The notes under the pieces are model-generated. The model was not told the origin of the DNA and searched no databases. It was given only the letters and a program-made list of their open reading frames with translations. A stretch of DNA of 64,000 nucleotides from assembly GCA_050230475.1 (NCBI GenBank), contig JBFLGF010000129.1:1-64000 (forward strand), given 5' to 3'. Positions 1-12,242 of the stretch are shown here, piece by piece. Position numbers and translations under genes: made by a program. Position 1 is the first letter of the stretch. Every line of letters starts with the position of its first letter. The stretch comes from Ancylonema sp. Lineage: Eukaryota.

Positions 1-1756
1 TGTCTTGAGGAGTATTTGGCGGAGTTGTCTCATGTCTAATGCCTCAGTTTTTGAGCTATTTCTGCAGACCACCATCGACAAACTCTCCTCCTCGATCTGA
101 TCTCAGATTTTTAGCAGGTTTCCCAGCTTGTCTCTCCCAGATTGCGATCCATTGCTTCAGACGAGGAGCTGCATCATCTTTGCTTCGAAGTATTTCCAAC
201 CAGGACTTTCGGCTGTATTCATCGACCAGCACCATGTTGTACACTCCTCCCCCTATTGATGCTGGATTGAACGGCTCTACCAAGTCCACCGACACTCTTC
301 CCACGCAGACTTGCTCTCCTGCACCAGCTTCTCGTCGAGGATGAGGTTTGTCGTGTGACTTCCCCAGCTTGCACCCTTCAAAGTTTTGCAAAACTCTTGA
401 GATGCCTCTTTCCAGTCCTCTTACAAGATGCTCTCGTGCCAGATTTTCGAGCACTCTCTCATTTGCATGTCCAAGTCTTGTATGCAGGAGGTTGATTTCG
501 ACAGCGGCTACAACAGCTTCCCCTTCTGTAAGTTGCTGATGTCGAACTGGTGTGCACATAAGAGTTTTTCGGCCTGTCGATGTTTCTTGCAGGGTGCAGA
601 CTTGTTGCCCAGATTTATTGTGAACTGGAATGATGCCACCAGCTTTTCCACTACAAGTGTAAGACCATCCTGCTTCTCTAGCTTTCTGACCGCTGAACAA
701 ATTTATGCGCATCCCAGGAATGTACAAACATTTCTTGAGTGTTACTCCTCCACACTCTCCCTCATTATTTAGCTCAATTGTGTTCCCCTTTGCTTCACTC
801 GCACACTTCCGACCAGATGATGCATGATGACCTCGTGTGGAATGTCTTCGAGGATTTTGAAAAGATTTTTCCCCACAGGAATGGTGATTGGAGCCATCGT
901 CGAAGAGGAAACCTTTTTCTGCATCATCATCATCTGACGTTTCCTTCACAGATCTTAGCGACGACAGCAGTTCTCCATGACCACAACTCTCCTCCTCATC
1001 GATTTCACCAACGAAAGCTGTTTTTATCCCAGTGCGCACCCCTTTTCTCTGCATTCGTGGAGCTTCGTTTTTCTTGTCAAAACAAGTGAATTCCACATGA
1101 CCAATGGCTCCACAATATCTGCATTCTTTGTTTTTCTTGGAGCAGTCTCTGCTGTAGTGACCTGTCTCTCCACAAGTATAGCAGGAATGTCCTCCACTTG
1201 ATCCACTCTGCTTCCACCTCTGCCTCCACGACCACCTCTGACTCCACGATTATTTGCTGAATACCCCCTGAATGTACCCCTGCCTCCACGATTGTCGATG
1301 CCACCACCTCTGCCCTGGCTTGATTTTTTTTGTTGCGCTGACCACTTTGCATAGTTTGCCTCTACAACTAGTGCCTTAGCATCTTTGACATCTTTTTCTT
1401 TCTTGTCGTGCAGCTCATCCATTCCCATCTGCCCCAATCCAGCTGATCCAGGTGCCTCTTTCTGCCCGTAGTACAACTTCTTCAACATGCCGTATTTTGT
1501 TCTTCACATGCCATCACTGACGAGTTGCATGAGTAGCATAACTGCTTTCTTTGATATTTTGAGGAAGCTTTTGACAGCAAGTGTGTACTGCTCCATTTTT
1601 GCCTCATTTATTAGCCGGTGTTCGTCATCAAATCTGGCTGTAACCTCTGGTTGGAATAGTCTATGTTCCTTTGCAGATCTCAAGGCACTCGGCATCATCA
1701 AGAGTAGCTGAGGCCTTAGATCTCCATGCTTGAAAGGTAACTTTGTCTCCATCCGT

Positions 1757-1768
1757 GCTCTGATACCA
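1757..1768 (-). promoter_or_regulatory. Primer-binding site complementary to initiator tRNA-Met
   Basis: Plus strand gctctgatacca = TGGTATCAGAGC on minus, the canonical plant copia PBS, 1 nt from the LTR end and just upstream of gag (METKLPF). Confidence 0.92.
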
Positions 1769-1769
1769 C

Positions 1770-2186
1770 TGTGAGAACTTTCTTCTGCCATCGATGCAAG
1801 AATAAAGTTCACTTCTTCTTAATCTCTTTGAATCAAGCAGATCACGTCATTAAAAACGTTGACACAACAAATGTGCAAGTTTGAAGTAGAAAGTATTGAT
1901 TACAGAATTCAGCATGCAAGCTCAGACCTAATACAGTCGATTGCTGCCTGGTCAAAGAATCTACTGCTATCATCTACTGCTATCGAAACTACCCATCATA
2001 TCTAAGCATTCTGCCACATCAACTTGTTCTCATCGACACTTGTGCCAGATGACCAAGTAATCATTGACACAAGGACATCGGCCTGCAGCCGGCCTGCAGC
2101 CTGCATTTGCTGAATAACGACAAAACTAAAGCTAAATTCCCGGTATTGCTAAAATCGATATAACGACAAGCCCCTAATAACTAACA
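1770..2186 (-). repeat. Putative 417-bp LTR of the copia element
   Basis: Minus strand begins TGTTAG and ends CTCACA (TG..CA, 5/6 inverted match) and abuts the PBS. The partner LTR is outside the window, so the 2186 boundary is inferred. Confidence 0.7.
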
Positions 2187-2359
2187 CCCCTCCTCGATAG
2201 ATATTAATACGGTTTGTAAATTTTGGATATGGAATTTACCCATTTATTTCTGTAGCACATGAAGGTGAGAAGTGAGGACTGTATTTGTAAGGTGGAAAGA
2301 AGTTTGAATACAAGGTTGTGAGCGTGGACAAAAAAAATCAGGGTGATGTTGGATATATG

Positions 2360-2722
2360 TCGTACCGGCCAGATTTAATGCCCCACCCCTCCGGGCATCG
2401 AAATAATAAGCCAAAGACCCACGAATCCGCCCACCTCCGTGAAGATAATTTTTAGGCCCCAACAATTCGCCCACCCCTTCCGGGCGACTATATATTCACA
2501 TATGACCCACTCTAGTAACAGTCAAATTAGCTCCTAAAATGCTGAACACCGTGATCGTTAAAGATCAATTTACCGGTATTCTTATATTTAGGCCTCTATG
2601 GCCTGTATTTGCCCCTTTATACCCTTGACGCCCCCCCACCGACCCCCATTTACTCAGATTTTATTATAGTGTGTAGGTGTAGGCTGCCGAAACGAAAAAT
2701 AAATCTTAAACACAAAAAAAGG

Positions 2723-2761
<39 letters not shown>

Positions 2762-3165
2762 CTACATAAATGTACATTTCTTTTTTTGGCTTTTCATAAA
2801 TTGTGAGGTAATCGTGACCATATTATGGATGGGTACGCAAACGGATTATGTACGCAAACGGATATGTTCAATTGTGTTTGGTGTGTTAAACTAAAATGGA
2901 TTTTTGAAGCGGGGTGTTGTTTTCTTATGATGCCTTGCCTTTTTTCACGGAGGGGTGGCATGTGTATCCGGTAGTCTTAAATTGTTTTGAACTATAGATT
3001 ACCTCAAAATACCTCGAGATTAAGACCCATGCCTCCTTAAAAAAACGGGGATTAGGGGATTTAAGGCCCCATAAGAGACCTTGGAATTAACATTTATGAC
3101 CCGGACTTAAGACCCAACCGAAAAAAAACAATTAATTTCCAGATCATTAAATCTGGCCGGTACGG
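2360..3165. mobile_element. Non-autonomous TIR element (MITE), Tc1/mariner-like
   Basis: Perfect 20-bp inverted repeat cgtaccggccagatttaatg (2361-2380) / cattaaatctggccggtacg (3145-3164); right end followed by TA; TIR resembles the CCGTACCAGCCAGAG family elsewhere in the window. Confidence 0.7.
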
Positions 3166-4402
3166 TATGTGTTTCTAATTTTATTAAATTCCATGATACG
3201 GTGACCCTTCATCACATTTTTTTGAGCCTTACATGAGCGTCATTTCAGAATGATATTGTATCCTATGGAACATTAAAAAACATGGAGTACTTACAACCAT
3301 TCCAAATGACCTAAAGCATTTTCCCAAGTGATATCTCTCGAAAGTGGTGAAAAACGCTATTTACAATGATGCATTACATGTTTTACTTACTTATTTGATA
3401 GGTCTAACATTTTCTTTACATTTTTATAAGATGTCAAATATAAATTTATAAAAAATACTACTCGGGTTTTTCTCCACGGAATACACCTCGAAACCCTCAA
3501 AAACCGATATTACCCTAAATAGCCGGTCCGGATTTTGGACCCAAAAGGACGGACCTCGGTCCGCAGTCGGGACTTGGGACCCCGGTCCGCCAGTCCATGC
3601 AACTATGACTGCCACTCTACGGGGTGGCACAAGTTGGAGTAGATCATCTAAAGTACTTAAGAAAACACCATCTGGAGCAACCAATTTTTTTATTCTATTA
3701 TAAATTCGGCGCACACTTTTTAATCGCCAAAAAAAAAAAAAAAAAAAAAATGATAGGCGCGACTAATTAAGCCTGCTTCTCATAAAAAATATCCAGATTT
3801 GGTGGCGTATTGTCTCTGGCCGCTAGTATACAATGATAAAACATAGAAAGAATGAAAATACATTTTTTGGAGATATTGACACGCCTCTCGTTAGGCTATC
3901 ACCACAGCAAGGCCAAAACAATAAAAGTAAAATGGAGATTAAACAATCGTACCAGGAGAGGTAATGGGACAAGATTTAGACCTCTCATGAAGGCATAAGC
4001 CAGCCAATATTGTTTCCGAACTGACTTTCGAGCTTTTCAGGAAAATCAAGGAAATTAAAGTGAGAACAACAAGACCTATTGCAACACAAGAAGGAAGTCT
4101 AAATCCAAACAAATTTACTATCGCTCTCTGTCTGTTGACACAGCTACAAAACTGGTCCAGGTCTGCAACCCCACTTGTACGGTGGGGTCCAGAAAGATCC
4201 CGAGAACGTGAATTTGACATCAGTACCATTGCAGATTCGAAAGGAAGGACCAAAATGAGTACCATACAACTAGGGGGCAAAGAGTAGTAGCATAAAGCCA
4301 TTTCAGATGCTTCAGGAAGGAGACCAGACGAAGAACTTGGTGAGACTCCCTGCTCAGCGAGTAAAATTATGCCAATGAGCACAGAAGAGCGAACAAGCAC
4401 TC

Positions 4403-4903
4403 TCATTGGTCCGGCACCTCTACTTCACCATCATCTATCTCTTGTTGCAAATCCTTGGGGTCCTTCCCGTCAACCGTACATCCCACGGAGACACACGTGC
4501 CAAGCATCTCCTTGATGGTGCCTTTCAGTTCTTTTGCAATACTCCTGGGCCGCATAATCCTGGCAATCTCGATGACGTCGTCCAGAGAGATGTTCCCGTT
4601 GTGCTTCACGGTCTTCACTTTCTTTCGGTCACGCTCGGGCTCCTTGAGCGCTTTGATGACCAGTGCCGCAGCACTAGGGACGACTGAAACCTTTGCCTGC
4701 CTGTTCTGCACAGTCAACTTCACGGTGACTCTCAGGCCCTTCCAGTCCTTAGCAGTTTCCTTCGCGATGTCTTCTCCAATTTTCTTGGGGGAGAGCCCCA
4801 ACGGACCGATTTTCGGAGCCAGGGAAGATGCTGCTCCCACTTCTCCTCCAGTGGCGCGCACAAACACCTCCACGATCGCCGTGGGGTCCATTTTAGGAGC
4901 CAT
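4403..4903 (-). CDS. RPL12: 60S ribosomal protein L12 (uL11), intronless CDS, 166 aa
   Basis: [98 protein letters not shown]... matches the plant RPL12 signature; full length, no stops. Confidence 0.98.
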   Translation of the reverse strand: MAPKMDPTAIVEVFVRATGGEVGAASSLAPKIGPLGLSPKKIGEDIAKETAKDWKGLRVTVKLTVQNRQAKVSVVPSAAALVIKALKEPERDRKKVKTVKHNGNISLDDVIEIARIMRPRSIAKELKGTIKEMLGTCVSVGCTVDGKDPKDLQQEIDDGEVEVPDQ

Positions 4904-5222
4904 CTTGACTGACCTTCCTCAGTACCTAAGCTAGTCTGCCTGAAAATTGGTATCTATCTCGTACTTCTGACGTACGAAGGAAACCTGAACAAGTTTCCGG
5001 CCAAATTGCTTGCCAGAGTGCGAGTTCAGATTTCTGGGCGCGCGTCCACCTGTGGGGCTTAAGGTTTTTAAATATTAACGTCAACGCAACGTTTCCATAT
5101 TTCTAGCTGCCGATTTGCTAATCGATCCGGCAGCCAATTTGATTGGCGAAGACACGCACGCTTGAAATGATAGTATCGAAAAGTCAACACACCCTGGTGG
5201 TATAAATTTTCTACTAGAAAGT

Positions 5223-6711
5223 GAGGGCTGTTACCTCCGCGCAACCGCGCGGCGGCCAGCCGCGCGACCGCGCGGTGGGCGACCCCGACCGCGCTCATAT
5301 AGGTAACGGTTGGCCCACTCGGGTGGCTGTTGGCTAATCGCAAGCCAACTCCCACCCGGTTGGCGACCCCCCACCCGAGTGGGGTGCGGTTGGGTGCGGT
5401 TGGGTGCGATTGGGTGCGGTTGGGTGCGGTTGGGTATATTCAAAAGAAGAAGAAGAAGAAAGAAAAAAAACCTCTTCATTTGTTTGTAACCCCTCTCCCT
5501 CCCTATAAGAACATGTTTAAAATAGAGTATGGCGCACATACTTCTTTTCATAGTTTCTTCTTTCAATATCTCTGTATCATATGTGAAGGGTTCCGTTCGG
5601 ATACCATTCGGTGCCTACATCTAATAATTACTTTTCACGTGCTCATTTTGAGAGCCATCCTCATTTGGGTTGGTACTTCTTTTTAACGTGTTTGTTAGAC
5701 AAATACATTATTGTGCTACACTCGTAAATTTCAATTTTTGTTTCATTTTCCATACTTCGAGCGTTAGAGCGTTCATGCGGGGATACCAAGGGGACAAGAA
5801 CAATGTGTTTATATTGTCATATATGGTGTTTACTCTACCAATAAGACTATATATGTCGTGTAAGAGAAGAGGCCAAGAAGACAAGAAGTAATGGACGACC
5901 ATCATATGACATGTAATGCATGGGCTGGGAAACAATGAAGGGAAGAATGGATTTCGTGGCAAAGAAGCCTTCCCATACATATACCACGGGTGTCGGCATT
6001 TAACTTCGATGGTTCGTTATTGGTTTGATGTGGTTCTACATCCAAGCTAGTGATGTGTTAGGAATCTGAGGAAGAAACCACTTTGAACAACCCCCCTAAT
6101 ATAACAAGACCGTTGTATTGACAAAACCCCTCTTAAATAACAACACGGTTGTATTCGGAAAAACCCCGTTGTATACGAACAAATCGCCCCTTCACCTATC
6201 ATGTCGACACAATCAAGTATGACTCCCTTCGGACAACCCTAACCATATCACTCCCTTCCCTTTCTAGGTCTAGCCTACCGCACTGACGTGCTTTCAATTC
6301 CCTTCAAACACCCACGAACAGTAGAAAGAAAAAAATAATGACCTCGTGATGAGCAAGTTTGTTCATCTTCTTCATCTTTATCTCCCCCCCCCCCCCCCCC
6401 CTTTATTTATTTTCCCACCCTACCGCTCCTTTTCTTTCTTCCTTTGAGGAGGTTTGTGAGGTTGTTGCTTTTTTGGTGTGATACAATTCAAATTTGAACC
6501 TTGCTTTTGAGTTTAATGTGCTGAAATTTTGTTTTATCACTGCCATTTTGCCAACCGCCCAACCGCATCCCACCCGGGTGGCACCTTCCCACCCGGGCGG
6601 CGGTTGGGATGCGGTTGGGAAAAAGCCACCCGGCTGGGCCCAACCGAAACGGTGCGGTTGGGCGCGGATGGTACACCTACCGCGGTGAAAAATGCGGAGG
6701 TAACAACCCTA
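5223..6711. mobile_element. Non-autonomous hAT-like element
   Basis: TIR gagggctgttacctccgc / gcggaggtaacaacccta with GC-rich subterminal (t)gcggttggg repeats; related copy at ~22300-24487. No clear TSD. Confidence 0.65.
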
Positions 6712-6990
6712 ATTATAACGCGCCAGCTCGTTTCGTGATAGGGGAAATGGAAGATATTCTGCCTACGGCGTGTAGGGTCTTTTCAAGTTAGTTGTCGAAT
6801 GTCTTGTTTGAGGTAGCAAAAGTTACCAAGAAGTGAAAAGTAATCGAGGCACTCACCGACGTAAAACTTCACGAGGGCTTAAGACACCGACCCGCGACCG
6901 TAACCGTATTCGACCACACAATACGACGACGACGTTGCATCTCTTGTCAGGTTCTCAAAGGATGTAAAAGAAATTGAAAGTCCCTCTGTA

Positions 6991-7979
6991 ATCACGCGAG
7001 ATGAAGTGACCTACTTGAGTTTTCCGCTACCTTCATGGATCAGGTGAATGCCAAACATACAAATCTGAAACGGAGGTGGGCGAATGGCGAAGAAGAAGAC
7101 TAGGGCCAGGGCCAAGGCCAGGGCCAGGGACAGGGACATTCATTGACCTTAGCCAGCTTTAAAAGATTTCTGATGGTATCTGCGCGGGCCAGAAGTAATA
7201 AGAAAGATTTTGCTCCAAGCTCTCGAGCCACTGATTTAACAATAGTACATCGCCTTCCGTCGATGTACACGTTCCGTTCCGAATCGATTTGCAGCTGGGA
7301 CAAGACGTGGAGGGCGACTGTGCGCGTTTATCCGCGAACGACCTCCTCACAAAAGACGTTCCAGGACTTCGACGGACACTGAAAGAGAAGAAGGAAAAGA
7401 GGGATAGAGAGGCGGAGAGAGAGCGAGAGAGGGAGAGGTAGCTGCAGGAGAGATTTGAGAGGGAGAAGTAATGGAAAGACAGAGGGACCGTGAGAGACAG
7501 GCGGCCATGGAGGCCCTGGAGGGAGAGAAAGCGAAACTAAGTGCAGAACCTGGGTCGGTCTCAGAGGTACCAGAACCAAACCCTGAAACCCCAGAACCCG
7601 AAAACTGAACCCTGAACCCTGGAAACTGTACAAGGATAAGTTTATCCCACGTGTCCACTTCCCTCGCCAGGTCCCCAACCTATGGAAGAAGACAGGGAGG
7701 ATATGGCGGTGCTCATTTCCACCTCTGACGTCACTGCATTCGAGGGACACATACCCGAGGTACTCCGCAAACTTGATCCTGAATCTGGACCCGAATTTGA
7801 ACCGGAACCTGATCCTAAACCCGAATGATTGAATCTTACCCGAACATGAATGTGATTCTGAACCTGAATCATGAACTACCACCTGCCGGTTTTCATCTGC
7901 CCTTGGAACCTCTCCGTTCCCCTGCTGGCTTCTGGATAAGAGCAGGGGGAAAGGGAGGCAAGGAATAAAGCAAAAGAAG

Positions 7980-8011
<32 letters not shown>

Positions 8012-8551
8012 ATATTATAGCCCCCCCCTCCTCCCCTTCCCCTCCACCTCCCCACCCCCCTCCCCCTCCCCCTCCTCATCCCTACTCTCAGATCTGGCGA
8101 CTCCGCTGCACGAATCTGGACGATTCCTGACGACCCATGCGAGTCCGCGCCGATTTTGGAAGGTCCAAAAGTGGAGTGAAGGGAAGAACAACAAGAAAGT
8201 CGAAGGAAGGGACCCCACTGTACTGGAATGTGGTTTTAAAGGAGGGGGTGGGGGGTGGCGTTGACTTTGGGGTCGTATGGATCTAGAAGGGAGAAGGTTT
8301 GGAGGGGGGGAAGGGAGAGGGAGGGGTTGGAGGATGGGGGGAGGGTGGGGAATAAAGGTGGGGGGCACTTGGCATGTGTGTACATGTGGAGGAGAACCAA
8401 AGAACACTTTGGCAATAGCATAAGGGCACCATATCCAGTTTGAAGTGGAGTAAGAAGAGCAACTATCTTTTGAGCGGTAGTCCGGTCAAGTCGTCGATTG
8501 TGTGAGATCGGAAAATGGGGCAGGTGAAGCAACAGTTTGAGTTCCATAGCA
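6991..8551 (+). pseudogene. HOS15: HOS15/TBL1-family (LisH + WD40) unprocessed pseudogene, 3'-truncated
   Basis: Spliced fragments in order: ITRDEVTYL/VFRYLHGSG (LisH, frameshift ~7018); DLLTKDVPGLRRTLKEKK (stops 7439, 7469); PQPMEE...SDVTAFEGHIPE (7671-7759); VFICPWNLSVPLLASG (7889-7935, acceptor ccg and donor ataag mutated); SGDSAARIWTIP (from 8092); HKGTISSLKWSKKSNYLLSGS...IV*D...KQQFEFHS (to 8551). All colinear with TBL1/HOS15 motifs. Confidence 0.9.
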
Positions 8552-10388
8552 GTAAGGAGAAGGAGGGGGAGTGGTGGGTAGAACAGTGTTGGGGGAGGGG
8601 GAGGAAGAGCATAGTGGAGGGGGTGGGAGGGGAGGGAGGGAGGGAGTGTTAGGAGCGGAATGGAATGGAACTCCTAGCATTCTAAGTTGCAAGTGCACAC
8701 ACAAGGCAATGGCGAAATGGGCCGATAGGAGGGAGGCTAATGAGCCGATGGTCAAAAAGGTTTGGTTGATATGGTAGGCACAACAACGTGCAAATACATG
8801 AGTTGATAGGAATGCTCTAAAGGCATTCCTATGGACTAGATATAGTAAAAGTCGACTCTCACAAAGCTAATCAAGATGTGGGATAACGAGAACTCGTTAT
8901 AAGAACAAACTGGAAAGCTAAGGGTCAGCACTCGATATAAAGACAAAGTCGCTAGGGGCACACATATCACTATAAAGGAACAAAACTCGCTATAGGGAAA
9001 TATTCTCTAGTAGCGCTCTAGCGCCAAGTGTGGGGACCTCGCTAGGGAGCCCTAGTGACTGTAGCGAGTCCTAACAGGGAGGGAGGGAGGGAGGTGAGTG
9101 AGTGGGAGGGTGGGGGAGGTTGGGAAAGGGAGACATGTCAAGTCGTGGCGCACAGTATCCCAGGTAGTTAAGAAGCAGAAAGTGGTGATGACGTCAGCAC
9201 CGGGGCATTGATGACGCAACCCAACAAAGCTCATAACAGAGACCGCAACTCAATGTCAAAATCCAGTGCGCTCACAACCCAAAGAGCTCTCGTTTGACCT
9301 TCCATTGATCTCTCAATGTAGCCCCAAACTAAGAGAGCTCGTCAACGTGCCCCTCATTTTTATTTTTATTTCCTTTCAATCACTCGTATTTATGTTTGGC
9401 TATGCCACATCCCACCCTAGGTTCTACCAACAGATGCGTTAATAACCCACACATCACATCCGGCCTAGAGGCTTCGCGTTGGGCTATCTTGGCTCGCCAA
9501 CAAAGACACCAGACTCATATGAATTAAAAAATTACGCAGTCCAACGCCCATGGACTCTGAGTGATTGACGTGCCGACTCCTTATGGACTGCGCATTATTA
9601 AGATTGCCAAACCACAAAACCACAAAACCACAAAACTACAAAACCAGACTACACCTTAACACCAAACCAAAGGTGCGTGCACCATTTTGCCGACACCATT
9701 TTATTTTCGGACCGTGGTTTAACTGGGTCCGAAATCGGGACCAAATCGCGCATCGATCCTCACAGTTTATATCCTTCCATTTCATCAAAGAATAAGATTC
9801 ACGTGGCTAGCTTTTGTTCTTTTGAACCTTACACGTGTGACGTTTATGCTTTCATTGTGGGTCAACACATAAAAATAAAAAAAACTTAACTTACAAAAAA
9901 GAAACATTGTTGCACCAACATGTATCGCCGTTCGTCACACGCCCGTATGACGTAAGGTTATACAGGGGCATCGTTGTATGTATTTATTCATACGACTACA
10001 CATACATGAATGGGATTTTACACATTGGTTTTTTTTTTTTTTTTTTTTTTTCAAGGAATATTTTTATTAAATTTTCATTGTGAGCATACTTACAAAATAT
10101 GCACTTTTTTTTCACCATTTTATCATATTTTTATCCTCTTCCATCTTTTCGTTTCATCATACCACTTTGTATTGATTGCAATAAACACATCATCATGATG
10201 ATATTATATTGTTTTACTTGTCTTACTTATATTAGATACAAAATCTATCAACAATATTCTCCTTTCCGTTTCATATCTACTTGCATTACATCTTTTTTGA
10301 ATTTCAATATTCACACACAACACAATAACATCACATGAACATGACGGACACACAATGCAACCCTTTCCCTATATAATAATTGACAGTA

Positions 10389-10662
10389 ATACAAATATTG
10401 CATATTTTCCTCTTCCCCTTAAATCGCAACTACATCACCAAGATTCCTCCCTTCTATTTCTTCCACCCAATGTGCGCACTTTTCCCTCTTTCCACATGCG
10501 GTGGGTAGTTTCACGTTGAAAGATACAAATATTGCATAATTTTTCCCTTCCCCTTAAATCGCAACTATATCATCAAGATTCCTTGTTCTATTTCTTCCAT
10601 ATAGTGTGCGCACTTTTCATTCTTCCCATATCCGGGTACTTTCGTGTTGGAAGATACAAATA
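10389..10662. repeat. Imperfect tandem duplication, ~134-bp unit x2
   Basis: atacaaatattgcata...ccccttaaatcgcaacta...gtgcgcactttt...aag occurs at 10389 and 10523, with a third atacaaatat at ~10653. Confidence 0.85.
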
Positions 10663-10967
10663 TGAGTTATTGGTAAATACATATTCCTAGACATACCCAC
10701 GCGTTCAAGACATGCATATAACACGGCACGACCTTACTAACCTTTAGAATACCCGGCCTTGCCTTACCTGCAATTTAAATATTGCAATATGAAAGTTTTG
10801 CCTGTACGTATGGGCTTGTAGAGAAGCCACACGTATGGTAGCTAGTCCTATGACATATGTCGTATGTATCTATTAAATATAGAACAAAGGTTAGGTACAA
10901 AGTAAGAAGTTATATATATTTGAAAATTTAAAAAAACTTTAATCCAACCGTCGATTAAGCACGGTGG

Positions 10968-11184
10968 TTGGGCGCGCACATGTGCGCGGGTTTGGCGAAC
11001 ATGTGCGCATCGCATCGCATCCTCCTGGGAAAATTCAAATTTGAATTTTTGACCAAGTTAAAATGTGCCGCTCATAGTAGTAAGTATTTTATGTGTGTTC
11101 ATCTTTAGTACCTTTTCCTAATTGGGCGCGCACATGTTCGCGGGGTTAAGCGCATCTTTTCCGAACATGTGCGCGATTTTAGTT
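10968..11184. repeat. Dispersed repeat (probable MITE remnant), copy 1
   Basis: ttgggcgcgcacatgt...ccgaacatgtgcgcgattttagtt, colinear with 57080-57349. Confidence 0.7.
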
Positions 11185-11475
11185 GTGCCCGTCCAACTAT
11201 GATCCGAATCAATCGAATCAATTTGCGATATTATAAAATGAAACTTAGATCCCACTCAAATATATTGGGAGGATATGGAAATGATATGAGTAGTCAAGTG
11301 GACGTTTCGAGTGTATAAATGACGGGGTGGTATTGTATTGATGGACGGATATGAGTTGGAAGTATTCCTACTTGCCGCTTCTCATGTTGGAAGGAAAATG
11401 TTATCTTCGAAACATGTGATGTGTTTTTATCTAATGTTTACGTACGCTAAAGTCATCTTATAACGAAGTGTATCG

Positions 11476-11985
11476 CAGTCCAACCTCGATAAAGTTTCTG
11501 TTTTTGGCGGCGGGGTTCTGGGTTCCAGATTAGCAAGTATATCATATGTACTATATTATATGTACGGTACTAGCAATATTACTATAGCGAGAGATGTATA
11601 ATTTAGCACTTCCAAAACAATATGGCTGAAAGATTTGCACGCCTCGGCCGTCGACACCAAGTTTTAAAAGGGTCGAGTAGGTGAACAGATGACAGATTAC
11701 AGATATCTCTAAAAAACATTCCGATTATTTTCCGTACTTTCTTGATATATAACGTATTTAAGTTAGAACCCCGGACAACCAGGTAAGACACATGTACAAC
11801 GTATTTTTTAGTTTGTACGATAACCTTTTTGTAGGAAAACACGTCTTCAACACGCATGTTACTCTAGGGTGCAAAATTAGAACTTTGTATGAAAATAGAA
11901 CACGATAAAATTATGGGTTACCACATCGAGAGTGTTGACGTGTTGAGGGTTAGTAATACTAACTTAGTATATCGAGGTTCGACTC
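11476..11985. mobile_element. pogo/Tc1-mariner-like MITE, degenerate
   Basis: TIR cagtccaacctcgata / tatcgaggttcgactc; right end followed by TA. Confidence 0.55.
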
Positions 11986-12242
11986 TATTCATGTGTGGTA
12001 TGCGTACGAAAGATGTATGACCTTAGAACTCAATGTGATCTTAAGCAAGAATCTTAACATCGTTTTCGCCGTTATTATGACGACTACGTGAAAGTTTACT
12101 TTTCTAGAACCAATGATATAACCCCAATGCGCCAATATAATGTAGTTATGTTTATAACTACATTCCTATTGCCAAATTATTTATTTTCCCCATCCACGAA
12201 TGCTTGAAAAGCGGATGCGGTGAGAACATACTTGTTCTCCAT

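Larger units (their letters stand above)
1..2186 (-). mobile_element. Degenerate Ty1/copia LTR retrotransposon, 5' half (LTR-PBS-gag-protease-integrase), running off the left edge
   Basis: Minus strand: two zinc knuckles CYTCGETGHYSRDC and CRYCGAIGHVEFTC (~1080-1185), protease-like FLFDDGSNHH, GAG-pre-integrase LLHTRLGH...GCKLGK, integrase core VDLVEPF...VLVDEYSRKSW...LRSDRGGEF, then GIRHETTPPNTPQ past two in-frame stops (TAG 56-58, TGA 44-46). Integrase directly after protease is the copia order. Stop at 1504 and a frameshift near 1200 break gag. Confidence 0.95.

Noticed and set aside
4403..4903. RPL12 as a processed retrocopy
   Set aside because: ORF is intact, no poly-A tail or TSD seen, and plant RPL12 coding regions are commonly intronless.
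7100..8755. Minus-strand ORFs in the ORF track
   Set aside because: Antisense shadows of the plus-strand HOS15 pseudogene.
8880..9075. Helitron 3' end (hairpin plus CTAG) that might have captured the HOS15 fragment
   Set aside because: Hairpins exist (ctagggagccctag) but no correctly spaced CTRR|T terminus or 5' TC end could be identified.
10300..10440. Possible SWIM/RING-like Cys/His peptide on the minus strand
   Set aside because: Ligand spacing is unconvincing and there is no supporting transposase context.
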